NCBI RefSeq assembly: GCF_001412615.1
Contig: NZ_CP013011.1
Span: 1,560,001-1,592,000 of the forward strand
Reading direction: 5' to 3'
Origin: Pyrodictium delaneyi
GTDB taxonomy: Archaea > Thermoproteota > Thermoprotei_A > Sulfolobales > Pyrodictiaceae
DNA: 32,000 nt
A program made the position numbers and the translations under genes. How positions within the stretch are numbered: position 1 is the first letter of the stretch; each line of letters begins with the position of its first letter. Positions 25,747 to 32,000 of the stretch are shown here, piece after piece. The notes under the pieces are model-generated. The model was not told the DNA's origin. It saw only the letters and a list, made by a program, of their open reading frames with translations, and searched no databases.

Positions 25747-27063
25747 ATGATTAGCGGTGCCAGAGACATGAAAGCCAGAGTCATCGAGTGCAGCGGGGCC
25801 TCCGGCTCGGTAACCGCACCACCCTCGCTATGGGAGACCCTTGTAGGGATAGTTGCAGTAGCCGCCAGGGGTGGCGGCGAGGTAGATGGTGTCAAACGGG
25901 AAAGCAAGTGCATCACTACACTCCTTCATGCATTACAAGCCCTGGGTTATAGGGCTGAGTGGATCTCGTCCACGAGACTAACAATACACGAAGAAGGAGA
26001 GCAAAAATCCAGAGTAGTTGTAGATACAACTTGTGGACTGCTAGTACCAGGCCTCATAGCCCCTCTTGCTGCTGTCCGCCTCCCACCTGGAGGCCAGCTA
26101 ATAGTCCGGGGTACGAGCGAGTCCAGTCTATCGTTTAGCCTAAGGCCTTTGATAGAAGCAGTGATAGCTGTAGGCGGGCGGGCATGGCCTGGAGGCACCC
26201 TCTCAAGGCTCGTGGTAGTCGAGCCAAGTATATATAAGCCCCATGGCCGCATTGCTAGGCTTTATGGTCCACCAGGGTTCATAGCCGCTGGTGTTGCTGC
26301 AGCCCTTGCGGCTACCGGTGGAGGCAGACTAATGACGTATGGTTCTCCCGTTAGGGGAGTTGGCAGGCTGGCCGCTATGACTAGGGCGCTTAGGCTGGCT
26401 GGCTTTGAGGTTATTGAGAGTGGTCCCTCGCTCATTATAGGTGCTCTGGGGGATGGCGAGAGTAGACTTGTAGTTGAAGGTGGACCACACGAGACTGCTC
26501 TCCTACTCGCGCTAGCCTCTCCATGCATAGGTGGCGAGATACGCGTCGAAGGACTGCCAATACGCGAGGAAGAGCTGTCTACTCTAGAGTACATGTTGAA
26601 GGCTACAGGGTTCGAGGCCTATAAAGAGTGTAGAGATTCTAACTGCAGTATAGTTGCTACATCCTTTGAGCCTCTCTCGGCCACTATAACGGTTCGAGAC
26701 GAGCCCGGCTACATGCTATACGCAGCAGCCCAGGTGGCTGCATGGGCTCGGCTGGTCATAAGTGGACTCAATACAGTGACGCTTGAGGGGCTACTTGACA
26801 AGAGATTCGAGTCGTTCCTACAACAGCTAGGAGTCAACGCCTTCTATGAAGATGAAGGTGATAGACTCGTGGCTGAGGGAGAGCAGCCCAAGAGTATTAG
26901 GAAGAGCATAGAGTGTAATGACCCTGTCTACTGTGCTGCTGCATTGGCTAGGCTTCTAAGACTGGGAAGCGGTAGTCTCGAGGGCATTGACGTGCTTGAG
27001 GACATAGCACCTGGCGTACTAGAGGGGTTACTCGCTCTAGGTGTGGGTCTCGACGTAAGCTAG
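25747..27063 (+). CDS. EPSP-synthase-fold (enolpyruvyl transferase-like) protein with degenerate catalytic motifs
   Basis: It is collinear with AroA: GSVTAPPSLWETL aligns with PGSKSxSNR, LLHALQALG and SLRPLIEAVIAVGG are recognisable, VEGGPHETA aligns with EGDxSSAS, NDPVYCAAALA aligns with DHRxAM, and the C-terminal IAPGVLEGLLALG is recognisable. ATG 25768 (MKARVIE) is an alternative start. Confidence 0.65.
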   Translation: MISGARDMKARVIECSGASGSVTAPPSLWETLVGIVAVAARGGGEVDGVKRESKCITTLLHALQALGYRAEWISSTRLTIHEEGEQKSRVVVDTTCGLLVPGLIAPLAAVRLPPGGQLIVRGTSESSLSFSLRPLIEAVIAVGGRAWPGGTLSRLVVVEPSIYKPHGRIARLYGPPGFIAAGVAAALAATGGGRLMTYGSPVRGVGRLAAMTRALRLAGFEVIESGPSLIIGALGDGESRLVVEGGPHETALLLALASPCIGGEIRVEGLPIREEELSTLEYMLKATGFEAYKECRDSNCSIVATSFEPLSATITVRDEPGYMLYAAAQVAAWARLVISGLNTVTLEGLLDKRFESFLQQLGVNAFYEDEGDRLVAEGEQPKSIRKSIECNDPVYCAAALARLLRLGSGSLEGIDVLEDIAPGVLEGLLALGVGLDVS

Positions 27064-27125
27064 GAGTAGGAGCAAGACGGAGCAAGACAAGCCGCTATGA
27101 TTTGCGGCTAAAAAGGAGATTGGAG

Positions 27126-27617
27126 CTAGCTCGAAGGCATAAAGGTGTAGCCTTCTATGCTACGTAGCTTGGGGCTGAATGTAGCTATCTTCTGTATGCG
27201 GAGCTTCTCGGCTACTGCAAGGGTTACTGCATCACTGAGGCTTAAGCCATGCTTCTTTGCTAGCTCTACTGCTCGGGCTATGTCGTCCATACTCACTGTG
27301 TAGACTGTCAATCTTCCAGTCCTGCTGAGCTGTGAGAGATACGCGGAGAGCTTCTCCACAGCCTCGAATGCCTTAGCCCTAACCTCTTCGTCGCTAGCTA
27401 GCTTTTCTATACTCTCTGCTACACCTGCCCCAGTGGCGGCACTAGCAGCTGCTACAGCTGCCTTGGATAGCGCCTCTAGCACGGCGGTGCTCGGTATTAC
27501 CAGGTCTTCGCTGCCCTCCTCGGCGCGACTGAATATATTGACCGCGAAGTCTGCACCAGCCTTGCCTAGTAGGAGCCTTATGAGGACTGTAGAGTCTACC
27601 AGTATTGGGCCTACCAT
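27126..27617 (-). CDS. vapC: PIN-domain protein (VapC-like toxin)
   Basis: N-terminal ILVDSTVLI (first acidic residue), STAVLEAL, and LSLSDAVTLAVAE. It starts 19 nt downstream of an RHH gene. Confidence 0.75.
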   Translation of the reverse strand: MVGPILVDSTVLIRLLLGKAGADFAVNIFSRAEEGSEDLVIPSTAVLEALSKAAVAAASAATGAGVAESIEKLASDEEVRAKAFEAVEKLSAYLSQLSRTGRLTVYTVSMDDIARAVELAKKHGLSLSDAVTLAVAEKLRIQKIATFSPKLRSIEGYTFMPSS

Positions 27618-27635
27618 CGCATCTCACCTCCCATG

Positions 27636-27941
27636 TTAGCCTGGTAGAATAAACTTGTCTAGCTCGTCGGCCTCGACTTTGGTTTCTATGATGCCGCGGA
27701 GCTTCTTGACGTCGGGCGCCTTGGAGTAGTATATGAAGAGTTTCATAGCCTCTCTGATAGCCTCGCTCCTCGACAGACCATGCTCTTGTGCCACACGGTC
27801 AAACTCCTTCAGCAGCTCTTGTGGCACACGTACATAGATTGCTGACGCTGTGCTCAAGGACCAATCACCTATAATGTTTTCATAGCCTTCTTGCTCAGGT
27901 ATAGAGGAGAGTGGAAACCCCATATATATTTTTATATACAA
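27636..27941 (-). CDS. vapB: Ribbon-helix-helix (CopG/VapB-like) antitoxin; 5' end overcalled
   Basis: YVRVPQELLKEFDRVAQEHGLSRSEAIREAMKLFI is a typical RHH. The first codons of the track ORF (MYIKIY) are the TATA-like tract itself. TTG 27857 and ATG 27923 are more plausible starts. Confidence 0.7.
   Translation of the reverse strand: MYIKIYMGFPLSSIPEQEGYENIIGDWSLSTASAIYVRVPQELLKEFDRVAQEHGLSRSEAIREAMKLFIYYSKAPDVKKLRGIIETKVEADELDKFILPG
27922..27938 (-). promoter_or_regulatory. TATATAAAAATATAT TATA-like element of the vapBC operon
   Basis: A strong A/T tract on the coding strand at the extreme 5' end of the vapB ORF. The 115-bp spacer also serves the divergent 28057 gene. Confidence 0.45.
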
Positions 27942-28056
27942 GCTACCCGCTAATGTCTTAACCTGAGTTTAAGAACTTACGCATGGTAATACCGGTTCGC
28001 CGTATAATTCGTTTTATAGGGGCAGCCAGGAGGCCACGGATGCCTGGAGGAGAGCA

Positions 28057-28263
28057 ATGCCCGTAAGCCGCAAGTACACGGCTTACAGAAAGGCACTCGA
28101 GCAGCTCAAACTCAAACAGCTCGACGTGTTCAGATATAAGGACCATGACGAGATAAGAGTACTAACGCCAGACCGTAAGATCGTGCTGATAAAACTGCCC
28201 AAGCACCGCGAAGAGATGACAATAGACGAGTTTGTAGAGCACGTAAAGAAAGCGCTAGCCTAA
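28057..28263 (+). CDS. Small basic hypothetical protein (68 aa)
   Basis: ATG start with GGAGGAGAG 5-13 nt upstream. The composition is Lys/Glu-rich and non-repetitive. It is divergent from vapBC. No family recognised. Confidence 0.45.
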   Translation: MPVSRKYTAYRKALEQLKLKQLDVFRYKDHDEIRVLTPDRKIVLIKLPKHREEMTIDEFVEHVKKALA

Positions 28264-28357
28264 AGCCATCACCCCAAGCAATTCTAGTTATTGGCTCTCA
28301 TAAATTACAAAATTACGCCAAACCCGTACAGGGCGCTACTGCCGAGCCTCATACCAC

Positions 28358-29338
28358 CTACCACCTTGATGATTGCGCTGCGAGCCCCAGGCAGTTGGCT
28401 ATACCCTGCCGAGGGACCAGCTCCGGGCACCTTTCTATAGTAAAGCCACATTGCCCCAAAACGTAGTCTTCAAGTCTACAAGGCTCTTGACGGACACGGT
28501 TCTCCTGAAACACACAGCGAGGCCCTGCGTAACGGAATATCTCCGGGTGAATTCGTACAAGCTCCTCTCGAACACGCCACGCCAGTAGACGTATCTCCCA
28601 TTGTGCATGACTGCACATGCGGAGCGGTAGAAAGCTCTCTAGGAGCTCTCGCGCGTTCATTGTGAAGACTACTCGCGTACGCACCGCCTGAGGCAAGACG
28701 AAACGCGCGTCCTCCCTTGGCAAACCCTCTGCAAGCATCTTATAGTACTCAGCAGCCGCTTGGAGATGTATACGTGCATGGCTAAGCATTGTACCGAAAT
28801 TCCACTTGGGATTTAGTACGAAGGCCCTACTCACGGCCTCTAAGATCTTTGCCGTCTCGACACCATTTCTTTCATCATGCCTGTCAACGAGACCTGCTGC
28901 CCAGCGAAGGATGCTAGAATAGAGGGCATAGTCATCTCGTCTACGTGGCTTCTCGGGACATTCCACGTCGGAGAACTGGCATAACTCTATGACCATTTGA
29001 CGTAGGAAGCCCTCAGTATACCGCATACTTTGCTGCGTATAGCTGGCTATTCTGTGACGGACGAGCTGATGACTACAGACGCGGCTACAAATCACCTCAA
29101 ATGTATAGACTGCATGCTCAAGAGGACTACCATGTCCACGGCGTATGAGTTCTCGTATCCATTTCTCTATCTCGCTGCTAGGCATATCCCATGCCTTCTC
29201 AACAGGCTTCTTCGACACTGTTATCCGTGCAGCCGCTGCTACTAACCGCGGCGCATCGCGAGTATAGGATATAAGCCTTACAAGAACCGGGGGTGACAAC
29301 TCCAGCCCGCTAACAAGAGGGGTATCTAGCAGCGTCAC
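28358..29338 (-). CDS. thyX: Flavin-dependent thymidylate synthase
   Basis: The ThyX signature RHRIASYTQQSMRY (RHRxxSxxxxSxRY) is present. GTG start. At 326 aa it appears longer than ThyX proteins as I recall them, with a Cys-rich C-terminal region. Confidence 0.9.
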   Translation of the reverse strand: MTLLDTPLVSGLELSPPVLVRLISYTRDAPRLVAAAARITVSKKPVEKAWDMPSSEIEKWIRELIRRGHGSPLEHAVYTFEVICSRVCSHQLVRHRIASYTQQSMRYTEGFLRQMVIELCQFSDVECPEKPRRRDDYALYSSILRWAAGLVDRHDERNGVETAKILEAVSRAFVLNPKWNFGTMLSHARIHLQAAAEYYKMLAEGLPREDARFVLPQAVRTRVVFTMNARELLESFLPLRMCSHAQWEIRLLAWRVREELVRIHPEIFRYAGPRCVFQENRVRQEPCRLEDYVLGQCGFTIERCPELVPRQGIANCLGLAAQSSRW

Positions 29339-29414
29339 AACTTGCCCCGGATTAGAGCTGGACCTCTAGACAGAAGCTGGAGGATTGCGAGTGCTTATCA
29401 TCGAGCCCTACATC

Positions 29415-29422
29415 TTTTATAA
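29415..29422 (-). promoter_or_regulatory. TTATAAAA TATA-like element upstream of thyX
   Basis: Read on the coding strand in the 99-bp nrdJ-thyX spacer, about 80 nt upstream of the GTG start. Confidence 0.3.
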
Positions 29423-29437
29423 CAAATGTATGGGGCT

Positions 29438-31999
29438 TTAGACCTCGCATGTCTTGCATGTACTGTTCTCCGTGAGTTCTACTACAACCTCGTCAGAACC
29501 CGTCGCGGCCTCCTTAACCTCAAAGAGTTCGCGTGCCTTCTCGTCGGCCTCTAGATCTTCCCGTCGAATCTTCTTCTTGAGATGCATCATTCTCATCTTT
29601 CGGCGGGACTGCTCTTGGCTTTTCTTGCGCCGTTTTATCGGCTTCGCTGACAAGCTCTTCTGCTCGCCACCAAAGTAGATTACCTGGACTCCCTTGCTCT
29701 CGTCGCGGTACACTGTTACTCCCTTGAGGCCACCTAACCAGGCTACCAGGTAGGCTGTGTAGACCTCTTCCTTGCCGGCCTCCTTGCGGAGGTTTATCGT
29801 CTTGCTTATAGCCTGGTCTACGTAGAGCTGCGCAGCTATCTGATGGGCTAAGTGATACCAGACATCGAAGTCCATACTCATAGTGAATAGCCTCGCCAGC
29901 CGCTCTATCTCTGCGAGGAACCCGTTCATTATACCCATCTGCATCAACTTGTCACGTATCTCATCCAGGGCCCAGCGGAGCGAGCCCTTATGCTTACTGA
30001 TGGTCTCATAGACTACCTTTACAGCCTCCTCTGGTACTTTGTAGCGGGCCGCGGCCTCTAGGAGTTTCTCACGGAAGGGACGCACCACTTCCAGGAATTC
30101 GCCAACTGCTACGACACGGCGGTATACTAGGGCGAAATATGGCTCTATACCACTGCTAGTCCCAGCTATAATGCTTATCGTACCAGTGGGCGCCACGGTG
30201 GTGGTGACTGTGTTCCGTGGAGCCTTTGCACCCAGTAGGCGTCCGTAGCTCTTTAACAGCTCCCACGCCGCCTGTGGCATCCATATCGCGAGTGCTAGCA
30301 AGTGCCTGGGACTGTTAGCCGCCTTGACTGGATGCAGTTTCAGCGCCTCCCAGACATGACGTCTCTCTACACCAAATACCTCGCTAGCAACCCGCTCTAC
30401 TACATACTCTGGCACCAGCTTCACCGCACCGTCGAGTTCTACCCGCTCTTTCGCAGCACCTGCGAGCTTCTCCCTAACATCATCGCTGATCTCTACCTTG
30501 TGATAATGAAGCTTCAACCATCCATTCTCGAACCGGGCTACTTCACCAGCCTTCACGAGTGCTGGGGTATGCAGCTCTACCAGTTCTTCAGGCTCACCCT
30601 TCTCTAGACACTTCATGCTTCTCCAGTCATACCTCTTACATTCGAACGCTGGGGCATGGCCGAGCTTGGCGCCTAGCTCCCAGCTACGCTTCCAGCTATA
30701 GACCTCCAGAGCGGCCATAACTATCATGGTGAAAGCTACCGCTTCATCGCTGTCGTAGGGATAGCCGAGCCTCGCGAGCGCGTCAGCGAGGCCCATTACT
30801 CCTAGGCCTATCTTCCTTGTCAGCTTGTTAGCAATATCCTGCCTGGGGTCGGGATGGTTGTTTAGATCAATCACGGCATCCATAGCGTCTATAACTACTT
30901 GTACATCATGCATAAACTTGTCTATATCGAACCTCCCGCCCACGATGTACTTCTCGATACTCATGCTGCCGAGGTTACAGCTCTCAAACGGGTATAGTGG
31001 CTGCTCTCCACATGGGTTGGTAGCGTTCACTGCACCAAGCCATGGCGTGGGGCTCCACTTGTTGTGATTATCTATGAATATGAGTCCGGGGTCGCCGCCT
31101 GCCCAGGCATTCTCTACTATCTTCTCCCATATCTTGCGTGCCGGGTAGCGCCACGTATGGGGATTCTTCGTGTCTGGCTGTATCTCCCAGCCCGTGTACT
31201 TGGCTTGCTCTTTGAGGGCCGCTAGCGCCTTGGCCCGAGCCTCTTCTGCTACTTCCTCATAGATATTTAGGTATGGATTGTCTAGCAGCCAGGAATACTT
31301 CTCTACTAGCTTGCCTAGCCTACCACTACCAGTAGCCATAGATACACTGTAGTGAAGCCGATAGATACCTGTCTTGGAGTCGGCACTATATCTTGGATTT
31401 ATCATCCACCACTCCTTGTCCTCTAGCACAGCCTTCATGAAGGCGTCATTGGCGCCCACGCTTATGTTGAAGTTGGTTATGTTTACGTCCTGTAGGGGTG
31501 GCTCCTTGGCTTGTATGAAACCTGCATCTTCTACCGTGCTCCAGCCACCACGTGTTAGCCTCTCCAGCATCTCTTTTACCGCAGTGTCTACCTCGTATTC
31601 ACCATCCCTCTCTATGGCGTCTACTATCTCTTTGAGTTGGCGTAGCAGACTCTGGAGCTGAGGTGGTAATTTGTTCCAGAGTGCTGCCCAGGGGTCAAAG
31701 TCGGGATTGATTATGTCTGGATGCCAGACATGTAGAATACCCATGTTTGCGCCACGTCTCTTGCCACCCTGCTTCACCATCTCCGTAACGACATCGTATA
31801 TCTGAATGAAGCTTAATGGGCCGGAGGCATAGCCACTAGTACCCCTTACTATATCCCAACGAGGCCTTAGCTCGCTGAAGCTGAAGCCTTGGCCACCACC
31901 CCACTTGAAGGTCATAGCTTGAACCGTGGCTGCATCCATTATTGCACGCATGTCATCATAGACCGGGGTCACGTAGCAAGCCGAGAGAGTACCACGGGC
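29438..31999 (-). CDS. nrdJ: Class II (adenosylcobalamin-dependent) ribonucleotide reductase; N-terminus outside the window
   Basis: NPCGEQPLYPFESCNLGS, TVAPTGTISIIAG, the C-terminal CKTC tail and GTLSACYV at the window edge. The frame stays open upstream of the track's GTG at 31972 as far as the window end. Confidence 0.9.
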   Translation of the reverse strand, partial: ARGTLSACYVTPVYDDMRAIMDAATVQAMTFKWGGGQGFSFSELRPRWDIVRGTSGYASGPLSFIQIYDVVTEMVKQGGKRRGANMGILHVWHPDIINPDFDPWAALWNKLPPQLQSLLRQLKEIVDAIERDGEYEVDTAVKEMLERLTRGGWSTVEDAGFIQAKEPPLQDVNITNFNISVGANDAFMKAVLEDKEWWMINPRYSADSKTGIYRLHYSVSMATGSGRLGKLVEKYSWLLDNPYLNIYEEVAEEARAKALAALKEQAKYTGWEIQPDTKNPHTWRYPARKIWEKIVENAWAGGDPGLIFIDNHNKWSPTPWLGAVNATNPCGEQPLYPFESCNLGSMSIEKYIVGGRFDIDKFMHDVQVVIDAMDAVIDLNNHPDPRQDIANKLTRKIGLGVMGLADALARLGYPYDSDEAVAFTMIVMAALEVYSWKRSWELGAKLGHAPAFECKRYDWRSMKCLEKGEPEELVELHTPALVKAGEVARFENGWLKLHYHKVEISDDVREKLAGAAKERVELDGAVKLVPEYVVERVASEVFGVERRHVWEALKLHPVKAANSPRHLLALAIWMPQAAWELLKSYGRLLGAKAPRNTVTTTVAPTGTISIIAGTSSGIEPYFALVYRRVVAVGEFLEVVRPFREKLLEAAARYKVPEEAVKVVYETISKHKGSLRWALDEIRDKLMQMGIMNGFLAEIERLARLFTMSMDFDVWYHLAHQIAAQLYVDQAISKTINLRKEAGKEEVYTAYLVAWLGGLKGVTVYRDESKGVQVIYFGGEQKSLSAKPIKRRKKSQEQSRRKMRMMHLKKKIRREDLEADEKARELFEVKEAATGSDEVVVELTENSTCKTCEV

Positions 32000-32000
32000 A

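Noticed and set aside
29438-31999. A possible intein in the class II RNR, since inteins are common in archaeal RNRs.
   Set aside because: The visible ~850 aa read continuously as RNR. The 100-aa variable region after the NPCGEQ loop lacks intein block motifs (no terminal HN followed by Cys/Ser/Thr and no LAGLIDADG). The N-terminal part is outside the window, so it could not be assessed.
1-32000. CRISPR arrays, IS elements or transposases, and rRNA genes.
   Set aside because: I saw no regularly spaced repeats of 24 nt or longer, no terminal inverted repeats flanking a transposase- or integrase-like ORF, and no rRNA-like sequence.

Overview
The window reads as a mostly housekeeping chromosomal segment from a crenarchaeon of the hyperthermophile type. 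Supporting signs are archaeal EF-2, a short ERCC4-type XPF, RNase HII with a C-terminal PIP box, tRNA-Gln with an A1-U72 pair, TATA-like promoters and many GTG/TTG starts. The organism cannot be named from sequence alone. I support about 31 protein genes and one tRNA. They include a gatB 3' part, gcvT, a co-directional tetrapyrrole string (hemL-hemC-cobA-hemD), an HDAC-family deacetylase, a CBS protein and aEF-2. Also present are XPF, a NOL1/NOP2/Sun RNA methyltransferase, RNase HII, a ClC channel with CBS domains and an MBL-fold hydrolase with an ABC-2 exporter pair. The remainder are an FkbM methyltransferase, a VapBC pair, thyX and a class II ribonucleotide reductase that runs off the 3' edge. 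I saw no CRISPR array, transposase, integrase or rRNA. Five things are worth a second look. (1) A 53-aa canonical C2H2 zinc-finger ORF, too short for the ORF track, lies in the same frame as an upstream 502-aa protein and is separated from it by one TAA. That upstream protein carries a RIO/Bud32-like atypical kinase domain. (2) Two ORF-free loci share an identical 13-nt K-turn hairpin module inside box C/D-like geometry, which suggests an unannotated sRNA family. (3) An EPSP-synthase-fold protein has most of its catalytic motifs replaced. (4) Two perfect 10-bp inverted repeats interleave in a 400-bp ORF-free gap. (5) Several GC-rich structured spacers are unexplained. All functional calls come from reading motifs by eye and none was confirmed by a database search. 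I cannot show that any of these is a genuinely new system.
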